Shown here in pieces: positions 16,633 to 26,610 of a stretch of DNA of 42,926 nucleotides. Every line of letters begins with the position of its first letter. Positions within the stretch are counted from its first letter, which is position 1. This DNA comes from Candidatus Cerribacteria bacterium 'Amazon FNV 2010 28 9' (GTDB lineage Bacteria > Patescibacteriota > Microgenomatia > UBA1400 > UBA12028). Both the position numbers and the translations under genes were made by a program. The stretch lies in NCBI GenBank assembly GCA_003176165.1, contig PSRQ01000032.1:1-42926 (forward strand), in the 5' to 3' direction. Below the pieces are notes generated by a model, which worked only from the letters and a program-made list of their open reading frames with translations, searched no databases and had not been told where the DNA came from.

Positions 16633-18293
16633 CGTGATCCTGTTCCGCGTAAGTACACCGCTTGCCAGGGAGTATATGTGGTTGTGTAATTGGTTTGTTT
16701 CACTGTGCCATCCGCATAGGTCACTTTGTAATCGAATGAAGTTTTTAAGCCACCGGCTGCAAAATCAACTTGCTTGATAGTTCCCGTGGGGAGAGTCGGA
16801 TCGTCTTGATACAAAGCAGGAGGAGCTGGGGTTTCATCCCATTTTTTGTAATTGAGGACCTCTGCTGTTCGTCCATCTTTTTTTCCGTAGAAATCAACAT
16901 ACATCGACAATGTTTTGGGATCAGCATAGGCGTTGACAAGTATAGGAGAGCCAGTGTCGTTGACAAATGTGAGATCAGGGTGAGGAGCATAGACAGTCGC
17001 ATCAAATCCGGGTTGACTATTTTCTTCGTAATACTCAACGCGGTATGCATGACCACGGCGTTCGGTGATCGGTAATCCAGCATTTAATAGCGCGCGAAAC
17101 ATCGTGCTACTGACCTGGCACACGCCGCCACCATCTCCCAGCACTGTGTGCCCTTGGGAGATCACATATGCTTGTAAAAATCCTGTCGCTTCCGATACGT
17201 CGCCAATCGTCTTGTTAAATGAAAATGTCTCTCCTGGCATGACTATGTGAGCGTTGATTTTTTGAGCAGTAAGAACGACATTGTGAATACGGTTCGGAAT
17301 CGAGTACTTAAACAAGCTATCTCCATGTCCGATGAGTTCATCAATTCCTAGATTATTCGTTGATGCAAGCGAGTGGGTGGGGGCTGTTGTGGTAACGATG
17401 AGTGTGACGGGAGTAGTTGCTGGCGCTTTTTCGCGCTGTGTTAGTGCATCAATGATTGCCTGTGTGCTTTGATCTTCATCAAGCGTGATTCCATCGCGTG
17501 GGGGAGTAAAGGAGAGCACTGCTGTTCCCTTGAGTTGCAAATCAGGTTCTTGCGGAGGGCTATTGATTGTCTTTGCCAATTTTTCCAAATATGTGTGAAT
17601 TGCAGATTGATTGTATCCAGAGGGGAGGGCAATAAATGAAAGCAGATCTGTGGTGGAAACAGTTTGGGTCTGCGTATTTGAGGCTACTATCAATGGTTTG
17701 GCAAGAATATTTTTAATTCGTGCTGACGCGCTTGCGAGATCGGTTGCTGAAAGGACTGTTCCTACTGGTTGAAGCACTGCCTCAATGGTTTGTCCTGTGC
17801 GTGAGTTCTCCACCTCTTTGGTGGTTGAATCCTCGTCCACCTCGCTTCCAACTGTCCCAGCTTTGATGACAAATCCAGGTGCTTTTTTTTGAACGAGAAT
17901 TGAAGAAGGTGTGGCCGGTGTATTGGTCTCGAGCGCAATGGTGTGAATCCAAGTCTGCACTCGTTGTGTATCAAATACAACTGTCGTTTGTGGCTGTGGA
18001 AGAAAAGAAAGATGCAGAAAAGCGAATCCATCAAATACAGATGAAACAGGAACTTTATTCATCAACGATGCACTTGGTGTCGCAAAGCTTTGAGAACCTA
18101 TGTGTAAAGTAATTGTTGAAGCTAAAGAAGCTTGCTGTGGCTGTGTTGTTGGTGACGGTGTGTGCAGAATGGTAGCCAGCTTTGAGGGAGTATGTGTTTG
18201 CCACACAAGGGCAAGCGTTGAAAGTATGAAAAAGAGAGAGACGAGTGCTAGTCCCGTGATAACGATGGCGTGAAACAGATGAAATAACTTCAT
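16629..18293 (-). CDS. VanW family protein with an N-terminal anchor and peptidoglycan-binding-like repeats
   Basis: NRIHNV, PGETFSFN, GGGVCQVSSTMFRA and GFDATVY motifs. Confidence 0.9.
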   Translation of the reverse strand: MKLFHLFHAIVITGLALVSLFFILSTLALVWQTHTPSKLATILHTPSPTTQPQQASLASTITLHIGSQSFATPSASLMNKVPVSSVFDGFAFLHLSFLPQPQTTVVFDTQRVQTWIHTIALETNTPATPSSILVQKKAPGFVIKAGTVGSEVDEDSTTKEVENSRTGQTIEAVLQPVGTVLSATDLASASARIKNILAKPLIVASNTQTQTVSTTDLLSFIALPSGYNQSAIHTYLEKLAKTINSPPQEPDLQLKGTAVLSFTPPRDGITLDEDQSTQAIIDALTQREKAPATTPVTLIVTTTAPTHSLASTNNLGIDELIGHGDSLFKYSIPNRIHNVVLTAQKINAHIVMPGETFSFNKTIGDVSEATGFLQAYVISQGHTVLGDGGGVCQVSSTMFRALLNAGLPITERRGHAYRVEYYEENSQPGFDATVYAPHPDLTFVNDTGSPILVNAYADPKTLSMYVDFYGKKDGRTAEVLNYKKWDETPAPPALYQDDPTLPTGTIKQVDFAAGGLKTSFDYKVTYADGTVKQTNYTTTYTPWQAVYLRGTGSR

Positions 18294-18389
18294 ACAGAAT
18301 GTACTCTGAAACTCAAACCCATCCTTTTTGCACAATAGCGTATAATACAGATCAATCCCTATTGTATTGTACGATATTTGGAACACCGT

Positions 18390-19844
18390 ATGGAACCTGT
18401 TTCCCCAAACACAACCCAAACCCCACAACAAAACTCCTCTGTCTCCGAGTCAATTCCGAGTTTCAACCAAACGACGACACCCCCTCCTGCTCAAAAAGCA
18501 AAATTCTCTTTACCACTGCCATTGATTGGAATTGGCGTGGCAGCTTTAGTTGTGGCAGCTGTGATCTTTTTTATCGTGCGCGGTGCTCTTTCTCATGTGA
18601 CATCTTCTTCATCAAATGCGCCAACTAAAAATGAAACCCTCACGTGGTGGGGATTGTGGGAGCCAAGTGATGTGTTGCAGTCAGTCATTACCCAATTTGA
18701 ACAACAAAATCCCGGTGTAACGATTCAATATGCTCAGCAGTCACCCAAAGACTATCGCGAACGCTTGCAAAGTGCATTTGCACGAGGACAAGGGCCAGAT
18801 ATTTTCCGTTTCCACAATACGTGGGTACCGATGCTTGCAGAAGCTGGTGTGTACTCAGCACTTCCGTCATCCGTGATGACGACAGCAGAGTTTAATCAAA
18901 CCTTTTATCCAGTCATGCAAAAAGACATGAAAACGAGTGCGGGTTATGTAGGAATTCCTCTCATGTACGACGGATTGGGGTTGTATATCAATAAAAAAGC
19001 ATTGGCTGATGCAGGCCAATCTGTTCCGACGACTTGGGAAGATCTTTCGACGCTTGCTAAGAGTTTGACGATTCGTGACTCCTCAGGAAAGATTGCGCGT
19101 GCAGGAATTGCACTGGGAAGTAGCAATAACGTCGATCATTTCTCGGACATTCTGGCACTTCTCATTTTGCAGAACGGTGGAAGTCCAGGGAATCCAAGTG
19201 TGACTGATTCCAATGGCAACAATCTGGTGGGTGATGCTCTGACGTTTTATACGCAATTTGAAAAAGTCGATAAAGTATGGGATGAGACATTGCCAAATTC
19301 AACGTATGCATTCGCGACAGAAAAAGCTGCAATGATGTTGGCTCCTTCTTGGCGCTCGTTTGAAGTCAAGCAAATCAATCCAAATATTGATTTTGAAGTC
19401 GTTCCTGTTCCTCAACTCCCAGGGACCCCAGTCACATGGGCTTCGTATTGGGCCGAGGGAGTGAGTAAGACGGCGAAGGATCAAGTGACTGCATGGAAGT
19501 TTTTGAAGTATCTTTCGTCCGCTGCTGTATTACAAAAGCTCTATACGAGTGAATCAAACACTCGGTTGTTTGGCGAAGTGTACCCACGTGTGGATATGGC
19601 CAGCCAACTTTCGACTGATCCGTATGCGGGGGCCTTTGCAAAAGAAGCACCTAACGCCGCCAGTTGGTACATGGCATCCAATACGTTTGATAACGGGATC
19701 AATGATGAGATCATCAAGTACTATCAAGATGCGGTGAATAGCATGAATAATGACCGACAAGCATCTGACGTGTTACCTACACTTACTTCAGGTGTTACGT
19801 CGGTACTGCAGAAGTATCAACTCGCGCCTCAGTCTGCACAGTAG
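18390..19844 (+). CDS. Membrane-anchored extracellular solute-binding protein (sugar ABC family 1)
   Basis: TM helix followed by LTWWGLWE, GPDIF, GIPLMYDGLGLYINK and PTTWEDL. Confidence 0.88.
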   Translation: MEPVSPNTTQTPQQNSSVSESIPSFNQTTTPPPAQKAKFSLPLPLIGIGVAALVVAAVIFFIVRGALSHVTSSSSNAPTKNETLTWWGLWEPSDVLQSVITQFEQQNPGVTIQYAQQSPKDYRERLQSAFARGQGPDIFRFHNTWVPMLAEAGVYSALPSSVMTTAEFNQTFYPVMQKDMKTSAGYVGIPLMYDGLGLYINKKALADAGQSVPTTWEDLSTLAKSLTIRDSSGKIARAGIALGSSNNVDHFSDILALLILQNGGSPGNPSVTDSNGNNLVGDALTFYTQFEKVDKVWDETLPNSTYAFATEKAAMMLAPSWRSFEVKQINPNIDFEVVPVPQLPGTPVTWASYWAEGVSKTAKDQVTAWKFLKYLSSAAVLQKLYTSESNTRLFGEVYPRVDMASQLSTDPYAGAFAKEAPNAASWYMASNTFDNGINDEIIKYYQDAVNSMNNDRQASDVLPTLTSGVTSVLQKYQLAPQSAQ

Positions 19845-19861
19845 TTTTTCTCGAGAAAAAG

Positions 19862-19892
19862 AAAACCCCATACCTATATGGCGTGGGGTTTT
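19862..19892. terminator. Bidirectional terminator
   Basis: AAAACCCCA...TGGGGTTTT hairpin between convergent genes. Confidence 0.7.
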
Positions 19893-19906
19893 GAAGATTT
19901 TCTTTA

Positions 19907-20104
19907 TTAGGCCTTGCGTATCCAGATTGCAGCAACCATAAAAAAGATTGCTGTTAATATCGTTACGGTCGCTCGCAAATAATCTACAACTGCCGTTGGT
20001 GATGCTGTATTGACAAACATTCCTTCGGCTGTGCCTAAAAGAAGATTAAGGCAAGCCAAGCCTAACAAAATAATCTCATGAGTCGACAATTCTTTCTTTT
20101 CCAT
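19907..20104 (-). CDS. Small two-TM membrane protein
   Basis: AAGGAGG RBS and two hydrophobic helices. Confidence 0.65.
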   Translation of the reverse strand: MEKKELSTHEIILLGLACLNLLLGTAEGMFVNTASPTAVVDYLRATVTILTAIFFMVAAIWIRKA

Positions 20105-20216
20105 GATATTTCCTCCTTTGGAGTCATGGAATCAGAACGACTTGAATATTATAAGCCTATATTGGGTGGGTTGCAAGAGATGAGAGGGAAGAGCCCGTCC
20201 GTGTTAAGATCAGGCT

Positions 20217-21086
20217 GTGAAATACACAAAACTTCAGTGCGACATTCTTTCCCATCTTTGCTATGCCGCAGTTTTTGATGCAGGGCTGTCAATGGCCGAG
20301 TTGGGTGGAAATAGAGAAGTACTTCAATTTCTCGTTGAACAAAAGAAAATTATTCACAAAAACAGTTTATATGCCTTGCCAACCGTCAACCTCGCCACAT
20401 ACGACAAGCGACGAGTGATCAGTCAACGGAAATTGAAAGCAATTCAACAAGATATTGGTTTGATTGGATGGATTCCAACAATCTTAGGAATTGCTCTGAC
20501 AGGCAGTGTAGCTGCCAAAAACGCTTCCAAAGATGATGACATCGATCTCTTTATCGTGACAAGAAAAAACACGCTGTGGATGACTCGTATGTTGGTTGAG
20601 CTTCTTGTCTTTCTCAACGGGAAATTACGCCGTCCTAATTCAATACATGTGAACGATTTGTGGTGCTTAAACATGTGGGTGGATAGTGATCATCTCGAAA
20701 TGAAAAAACATGATCTCTACATCGCTCATGAGATTGTGCAAGCTCAGTGGATTGTCGATAAAACAGGGATTGAACAGAGATTTATAGAAGAAAACAAGTG
20801 GGTGAAAAAATTCATGATGGGAGAAGTATCAAAGAAATTTTCAATCCGTCAGCTAACGGACAATTTACAATTTTCAAAACTTACACTTCTTATCTCTTAT
20901 TTCTTATCTCTTATTTCTCGTATTCTTGATTGGTTTTGTTATCGTGCGCAACTTGCATACATGCGTTCGCGATTAACAACGGAATATGTGACACGGCATA
21001 CAGCTTTTTTTCACCCACATGATGTGCGGGCTGATGTGTTGAAAAAATATGAGAGAATAATGTCCGAGATAAGAAATAGGAAATAA
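20217..21086 (+). CDS. Pol-beta-like nucleotidyltransferase domain protein
   Basis: ALTGSVAA...DDDIDLFIV (GS...DxD); GTG start 6 nt after TGtTAAGAT. Confidence 0.75.
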   Translation: MKYTKLQCDILSHLCYAAVFDAGLSMAELGGNREVLQFLVEQKKIIHKNSLYALPTVNLATYDKRRVISQRKLKAIQQDIGLIGWIPTILGIALTGSVAAKNASKDDDIDLFIVTRKNTLWMTRMLVELLVFLNGKLRRPNSIHVNDLWCLNMWVDSDHLEMKKHDLYIAHEIVQAQWIVDKTGIEQRFIEENKWVKKFMMGEVSKKFSIRQLTDNLQFSKLTLLISYFLSLISRILDWFCYRAQLAYMRSRLTTEYVTRHTAFFHPHDVRADVLKKYERIMSEIRNRK

Positions 21087-21095
21087 GAGATACGA
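20836..21095. repeat. Compound heptamer arrays with an embedded palindrome in and after the nucleotidyltransferase gene
   Basis: AATTTTC-AAT[CCGTCAGCTAACGGAC]-AATTTAC-AATTTTC at 20836-20875; (TCTTATY)4 at 20888-20915; inverse array GAGATAA GAAATAG GAAATAA GAGATAC at 21066-21093. Confidence 0.8.
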
Positions 21096-21099
21096 TTTT

Positions 21100-21615
21100 A
21101 TGTTTAACTATCCAACATATTTGAAACCATTGTCGTATTATTCTCAAGAACCACAAGTAAGTGTTATCGCGCGTGCCACAACTGCGAAAGAGGCAGGAAA
21201 AAAAATTGTCATTGCCTCGGGAGTGTTTGATTTGTTGCATGATGCACATAAACGCTATTTGCAAAAAGCCAAAGAAGCGGGGGATTATCTTATTGTTCTT
21301 CTCGAGTCAGATGCACGTGTGAAAGAGTTAAAGGGTGAAGGTCGTCCGGTATGGGATCAAGTTCGCAGAGAAAAGGAAGTACGATCTCTCCCGTTTGTAG
21401 ATGATGTGCTTGTATTGCCTCCTGAGTTTAAAAATCCGCTGCGCTATGAAGAAATTGTTATTCTTCTTGGTCCAGATATCTATGCAGAGTCCAGCAATTC
21501 TGTCGCGCTTGATCACAAAAGGAAACTCATGGAAAAATACGGTGGAGAGATGAAAGTGGTCTTGGACGAGATAGCTGGAATTTCAACCACAACTCTCTTG
21601 GCAAGTGCCCGGTAG
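21100..21615 (+). CDS. Cytidylyl/adenylyltransferase family protein (RfaE-II/TagD/FAD synthase-like)
   Basis: SGVFDLLHDAH (HxGH variant), KGEGRP and ISTT motifs. Confidence 0.85.
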   Translation: MFNYPTYLKPLSYYSQEPQVSVIARATTAKEAGKKIVIASGVFDLLHDAHKRYLQKAKEAGDYLIVLLESDARVKELKGEGRPVWDQVRREKEVRSLPFVDDVLVLPPEFKNPLRYEEIVILLGPDIYAESSNSVALDHKRKLMEKYGGEMKVVLDEIAGISTTTLLASAR

Positions 21616-21656
21616 TGTGGTATTCTCCCTTTTTCTTACAATCGGAGGAACCATAT

Positions 21657-22037
21657 ATGGCGGTGCGAGTTGAATGGAAAAGGTCGGGGAGTGAACGAGA
21701 ATCATCTTGGTTTCAGACAGGGATGCGAGGAGAAAAAATACAAACAGTGTTAGAAGATAAACAAGGATCTTGTATAGTCTTACAAAACAAAATAGTTTTG
21801 TTTCGTGTGTTGACTCCTTCTCGGCGAGAGGGTGAACCTGATCTCAAAGGTTATCTTGAAATAACAGGAACAAATAGCGGTGGAGTGATCGAAGTATTAG
21901 CTGTAGGCGCGCAAGCGCCCAAGAGGTTTGTTGCATTAGAGAATGGGATGCACAAGAGAATTCATCTAGATGGTCTTACATTTGATCTTACTGCTCTCAA
22001 CTTAAGTGGTCGGCGGGGTGAGGACAAACAAGAATAG
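21657..22037 (+). CDS. Hypothetical protein
   Basis: GGAGG RBS before ATG 21657. Confidence 0.55.
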   Translation: MAVRVEWKRSGSERESSWFQTGMRGEKIQTVLEDKQGSCIVLQNKIVLFRVLTPSRREGEPDLKGYLEITGTNSGGVIEVLAVGAQAPKRFVALENGMHKRIHLDGLTFDLTALNLSGRRGEDKQE

Positions 22038-22095
22038 CTCTTTCGCCCTTTCTTCTCCTTGCGAAAAACAGCTTTCTTTTTTAGGCTAAGTGGTT

Positions 22096-22686
22096 ATGCG
22101 ACAAGTCTTTTTCGATGTCGAAACCAAAGATACATTTGATGATGTCGGTGGATACTTCCCCGATCGACTCCATCCCTCGTTCATTGGAGTATGTGTGCGT
22201 GAAGGATATGAAGGAAGAGGTGAGATGATTGAGATTTGGGAACAAGATCTTTCAAAACTTTGGAAAATTTTTGAGTCTGCAGATGTGATTGTCGGATTTA
22301 ACAGCATTGGGTTTGATATGGAAGTGATGCGACCCTTGTATCCTGGCAATGTGGATGATTTACCCCAGCTTGATCTCATGTTGCAGTTTAAAGAAGCGAC
22401 AGGTCATCGTATTTCTCTTGAGAGTATTGCACAGGAGACATTGGGACGGGGCAAAACAGGACATGGACTGGATGCTATCAAGTACTACAAAACAGGACAA
22501 TTAAAAGAGCTCGCTTCGTATTGCTTGATGGATGTGGAACTCACACGCGATTTGTATGATGTGGGACGCACCAAAGGCAAGCTTTCTTTCATGAACAAAT
22601 GGAACCGTCGGATCGAGACAGCCATTGATTTTAGTTTTAAACCGAAGAAGTTTCCAGGGACACAGATGACGCTGTTAGGGATATAG
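22096..22686 (+). CDS. RNase H-like (YprB-type/DEDD) exonuclease domain protein
   Basis: FFDVET, VGFNSIGFD and YCLMDV motifs. Confidence 0.85.
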   Translation: MRQVFFDVETKDTFDDVGGYFPDRLHPSFIGVCVREGYEGRGEMIEIWEQDLSKLWKIFESADVIVGFNSIGFDMEVMRPLYPGNVDDLPQLDLMLQFKEATGHRISLESIAQETLGRGKTGHGLDAIKYYKTGQLKELASYCLMDVELTRDLYDVGRTKGKLSFMNKWNRRIETAIDFSFKPKKFPGTQMTLLGI

Positions 22687-22693
22687 TTTTCTG

Positions 22694-22798
22694 GTCATCC
22701 CGTACGGCATAGTGTGAAGCACAAGGCGGATACGGGATCCAGGCGCAAAAAACACTTGTATTATTGATGAACTGGATTCCCGCCTGCGCGGGAATGAC
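22694..22798. repeat. Palindromic REP/RS3-like intergenic element
   Basis: Left arm GTCATCCCGTA...TACGGGATCCAG; right arm CTGGATTCCCGCCTGCGCGGGAATGAC, containing ATTCCC-N8-GGGAAT. Confidence 0.8.
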
Positions 22799-22843
22799 AA
22801 AGAAAAGGTTTCTTTCTCCGCATATTTACCGTACAATCACCGC

Positions 22844-23326
22844 ATGACCCTTTCAGATCAAAAAGTAAAACGTTGTCTCGTCGTTGCCGGATGGACGGTC
22901 CACAAAGGAAAAACGTTATTGGTGAAGCACAAAAAACTTGGGATGTGGTTGGCCCCAGGGGGACACATCGAAGAAAATGAGCTGCCTCATGAGGCAGCGG
23001 AGCGTGAGTTTTTTGAAGAAACAGGTGTGATCGTGCGAGCTGTTGATGCGCTTCCTCATATCGAGATGAAACAAAGCCGATCCCTTCCAAGTCCCTTCTA
23101 CTCAAATCTTCATACGATCAATAAACATCGAGGTGATTCTTTTTGCGAGCAACATGTTGTATTTTGCTATTTTGTGAAAGTCATAGATATTTCTTCGTTT
23201 AGTCGTCAAGAAGAGGAGACGGATGACTTACGATGGTTTACGCGCGAGGAAGCGATGGGAATATTGACCCCAGATTTACAGCAAGAAGCGGCGTTTGTGT
23301 TTGATTATTTTCCTTCGCAGGAGTAG
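22844..23326 (+). CDS. Nudix hydrolase
   Basis: WLAPGGHIEENELPHEAAEREFFEETG. Confidence 0.9.
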   Translation: MTLSDQKVKRCLVVAGWTVHKGKTLLVKHKKLGMWLAPGGHIEENELPHEAAEREFFEETGVIVRAVDALPHIEMKQSRSLPSPFYSNLHTINKHRGDSFCEQHVVFCYFVKVIDISSFSRQEEETDDLRWFTREEAMGILTPDLQQEAAFVFDYFPSQE

Positions 23327-23352
23327 CTTCACGTTCCTGATATAATTGCTTC

Positions 23353-24102
23353 ATGCATAAGCTTGTTATTTCCAACCTGCACGCCCGCATTGAACAAAAA
23401 GAGATTCTCAAGGGGGTGAATTTAACAATTCAGTCCGGTGAAATTCATGCGATCATGGGGCCCAATGGAAGTGGAAAAAGCACGCTTGCCAATACGCTTG
23501 CCGGACACCCATCGTATGAAGTGACTGAGGGAACAGTTCATCTGGATAGAAAAAATATATTAGAGATGTCTCCGGATGAGCGGGCTCATTCGGGGTTGTT
23601 TTTAGCTTTTCAATATCCGTCGGAAGTGAGTGGTGTACGTGTTCACAATTTCTTGAAAACAGCGTACGAACAGCGTTTTGGCCAACTTGGAAAAGGAAGT
23701 AAGTTTGCCTCAGTGCTCGAATTTCGCAAACACGTGGAAGAGTTGGCCTTGCAGTTGGGAGTGAAAAAAGAGTTGCTCTCGCGTGGATTAAATGAAGGCT
23801 TTTCAGGAGGAGAAAAAAAAAGACTAGAGATTTTGCAAATGGCTCTCCTGGTTCCATCCTACGCCATCCTTGATGAAACGGACTCTGGACTTGATATCGA
23901 TGCAATAAAGACTGTGGCAGAAGGTGTGAAGCAGATCATCACCATGCACAATACTGGTATTATCGTCATCACTCACTATCAACGTATCTTGAAGTACTTG
24001 GAACCAGACGTCGTCCACATCATGCGAGAAGGAAAGATTGTGCAAGATGGTGGTACGGAACTGGTACAAGTATTGGAAGAAAAAGGGTATAGTGGGATGT
24101 AG
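23353..24102 (+). CDS. sufC: Fe-S cluster assembly ATPase SufC
   Basis: GPNGSGKST, FLAFQYP, NEGFSGGEKKR and DETDSGLDIDA motifs. Confidence 0.97.
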   Translation: MHKLVISNLHARIEQKEILKGVNLTIQSGEIHAIMGPNGSGKSTLANTLAGHPSYEVTEGTVHLDRKNILEMSPDERAHSGLFLAFQYPSEVSGVRVHNFLKTAYEQRFGQLGKGSKFASVLEFRKHVEELALQLGVKKELLSRGLNEGFSGGEKKRLEILQMALLVPSYAILDETDSGLDIDAIKTVAEGVKQIITMHNTGIIVITHYQRILKYLEPDVVHIMREGKIVQDGGTELVQVLEEKGYSGM

Positions 24103-24114
24103 TAAGGAGAACGA

Positions 24115-24603
24115 ATGGATTTGGATATATATCCTGGAGCATCTACTACTAAAGAAATTTCTGTTTCGATTTCTTTTCAACATCCTGATACCACCGGAGA
24201 GATACACACCTTTCAAGTGAAGGAGATGCCTTTGGAAGAAAAAAACGGAGAAATAACATTAATTTTTTCTATTACGGATGAAAATAATGAAGAGCAGGGA
24301 GCCATCATAGGTACTATGCGTAAGAAAAAGGGAAAAAAAGAATTTTTTGTATTTCAGAGTAAAAATAATACAACAGAAAAAGACCTTGGAGGAAAAATTA
24401 CCAGTAAGTCTGTATATAAAGGATTAGTTGGAGAAGCAATCGCAAATTTAATAGAAAAAGGTATTGTAGATATATGGCACTCAGATGTTCAGATTTCCGA
24501 TGGGGCGGTGAAAATGTATGAAAACCTTTTAAAAAGGCATGGGAACCTTGAGTATATTGAAAATGATAATTTTCCATATGTTCTTCAGAGAAATCGTGAT
24601 TAA
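24115..24603 (+). CDS. Hypothetical AT-rich protein inserted in the suf operon
   Basis: AAGGAGA RBS; visibly A-rich compared with the suf genes. Confidence 0.65.
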   Translation: MDLDIYPGASTTKEISVSISFQHPDTTGEIHTFQVKEMPLEEKNGEITLIFSITDENNEEQGAIIGTMRKKKGKKEFFVFQSKNNTTEKDLGGKITSKSVYKGLVGEAIANLIEKGIVDIWHSDVQISDGAVKMYENLLKRHGNLEYIENDNFPYVLQRNRD

Positions 24604-24646
24604 TTTATTTGTATTGAATATATTTGTTTCTTAGAAATGGAGAGAT

Positions 24647-25030
24647 ATGCCTGAGTATGCAAGTGGAAGTTTGCGCGAATTCATCGTTCAACTGGTTGAA
24701 GTCGATGATCTGAAAGAGAAATCACATCGATTTGTACAGCAGCTTCAATCACTGGAAGGATTTGTTAATTTCCATGCAGACTTAGGTGAAGATTTTATCA
24801 GCGGGACTGCAAAAGATTGGGGAAATTACAAAGAGACTGTCGAAGAAATATTAGATGGTATTGCGGAAAGTGAAGGAGGATGGGAGTTTGTCCAGCAAGA
24901 AATAGCGAAAACACATGAGGCACATCTTCAAAAGATTGCACATGAGAGTAGGTCTCTCATCGATTTCTGGGAAAAAGTGAAGAATGACGTCGATAAGTCC
25001 CAACTTTTTCGCCCACGGCCTCGCAAGTAA
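24647..25030 (+). CDS. Hypothetical helical protein
   Basis: GGAGAG RBS and a 127-aa ORF. Confidence 0.65.
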   Translation: MPEYASGSLREFIVQLVEVDDLKEKSHRFVQQLQSLEGFVNFHADLGEDFISGTAKDWGNYKETVEEILDGIAESEGGWEFVQQEIAKTHEAHLQKIAHESRSLIDFWEKVKNDVDKSQLFRPRPRK

Positions 25031-25071
25031 CCTGTATAATACAGGCAAGATTATTTGTGGTCTCTTCACCT

Positions 25072-26502
25072 ATGTCACGTTTTGCAGCAAAACACGCCAG
25101 TGCATTGGACGATTCTCTCACCGACGTTTCGTATGAGATGGGTTTTTCGTACCCAACCTCTGGGTATTCCTACATTACCAAGGCAGGTTTAAATGAAGGT
25201 GTGGTGCGCGAAATTTCACATATCAAGCTCGAACCTGCGTGGATGTTGGAGAAGCGCCTTGAAGCGTTGAAGATTTTTGAGAGTAAGCCTACACCGACTT
25301 GGGGAGGTGATCTTCTCTCCATCAATTATGACAAGATTCACTATTATTTGCGGCCTACAGATAAACAAGTGGAGAATTGGGACGATGTGCCAACTGATGT
25401 AAAAAAGACGTTTGAAAAGTTGAAAATTCCTGAGGCTGAGCGTGCTGTGTTGGCTGGTGTCAAAGCCCAGTACGACAGTGAAGTCGTGTATGGATCGCTC
25501 AAAAACGTATGGGAAAAAGAAGGCGTGATTTTTTTGTCGATGGATGAGGGATTGGCTCAATATCCAGAACTCATTAAAGAATACTTTGGCAAACTCATCC
25601 CAGCTGCAGATAACAAGTTTTCAGCTCTTAACACTGCGGTATGGAGTGGAGGAAGTTTTGTGTATGTGCCCAAGGGAGTCAATGTTAAACTGCCATTGCA
25701 GGCGTATTTCCGTATCAATGCGGCCAATGCTGGACAGTTTGAACGTACGCTCATCATCGTGGACGAGGGAGCGTCGGTTCATTACATTGAAGGGTGTACC
25801 GCCCCTGCCTTTTCATCATCATCCCTGCATTCTGCTGTCGTGGAAATTTATGTCAAAAAAGGGGCACGATGTCAGTACACCACTGTGCAAAATTGGTACA
25901 AAAATGTGTACAATCTCGTCACAAAGCGGGCTCGTGTCGACGAAGAAGGGACGATGATTTGGACGGACTTCAACATGGGGAGCAAGTTGACGATGAAGTA
26001 TCCGTCATTTTTGCTTGCTGGAAAAGGAGCAAAGGGTGAGACGCTCTCGATGGCGATGGCAGGGAAGGGACAGCATCAAGATACCGGAAGTAAAGCGATT
26101 CATTTGGCACCCTACACGAGTTCGACGATTGTCAGTAAATCAATTAGCAAAGATGGGGGACGGACAAGTTACCGAGGTATGGTGACGGTTGATCCCCGTG
26201 CGCATCATAGCAAAAACACGGTTATTTGTGATGCGCTCCTCCTTGATCCACTTTCTCGCTCAGACACATATCCGCTCGATCGGATTATGAATGATCAAGT
26301 GGAAATTCAACATGAAGCGACGGTGAGTAAAATTGGTGATGAACAGTTGTTTTACCTTATGAGCAGAGGGATTACCGAAGAAATGGCGCGCAAGATGATT
26401 GTCAATGGATTTGTGGATGACTTGGTGCGGAAATTGCCTTTGGAGTACGCAGTCGAGATGAATCGGTTGATCGATCACGAGATGGAAGGGAGTATTGGCT
26501 AA
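25072..26502 (+). CDS. sufB: Fe-S cluster assembly protein SufB
   Basis: [32 protein letters not shown] and LPLEYAVE motifs. Confidence 0.97.
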   Translation: MSRFAAKHASALDDSLTDVSYEMGFSYPTSGYSYITKAGLNEGVVREISHIKLEPAWMLEKRLEALKIFESKPTPTWGGDLLSINYDKIHYYLRPTDKQVENWDDVPTDVKKTFEKLKIPEAERAVLAGVKAQYDSEVVYGSLKNVWEKEGVIFLSMDEGLAQYPELIKEYFGKLIPAADNKFSALNTAVWSGGSFVYVPKGVNVKLPLQAYFRINAANAGQFERTLIIVDEGASVHYIEGCTAPAFSSSSLHSAVVEIYVKKGARCQYTTVQNWYKNVYNLVTKRARVDEEGTMIWTDFNMGSKLTMKYPSFLLAGKGAKGETLSMAMAGKGQHQDTGSKAIHLAPYTSSTIVSKSISKDGGRTSYRGMVTVDPRAHHSKNTVICDALLLDPLSRSDTYPLDRIMNDQVEIQHEATVSKIGDEQLFYLMSRGITEEMARKMIVNGFVDDLVRKLPLEYAVEMNRLIDHEMEGSIG

Positions 26503-26511
26503 AGCCAGTAC

Positions 26512-26602
26512 AATTTACAATTTACGAATTTTCAATTTTCAAATAATTGATCATTGTGACATTGAATATTCAATGAAAATTGGAAATTGAGAATTGAAAA
26601 TT
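26512..26602. repeat. Inverted AATTT(A/T)C heptamer arrays between sufB and sufD
   Basis: AATTTAC AATTTAC GAATTTTC AATTTTC ... GAAAATT GGAAATT GAGAATT GAAAATT. Confidence 0.85.
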
Positions 26603-26610
26603 ATCGTTTT

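Noticed and set aside
16629-18293. Vancomycin resistance locus
   Set aside because: VanW-domain proteins are widespread cell-envelope proteins, and no vanHAX/vanRS genes are present.
20217-21086. CD-NTase or MNT-HEPN toxin-antitoxin
   Set aside because: There is no effector or HEPN partner, and the neighbour is an ordinary cytidylyltransferase-family gene.
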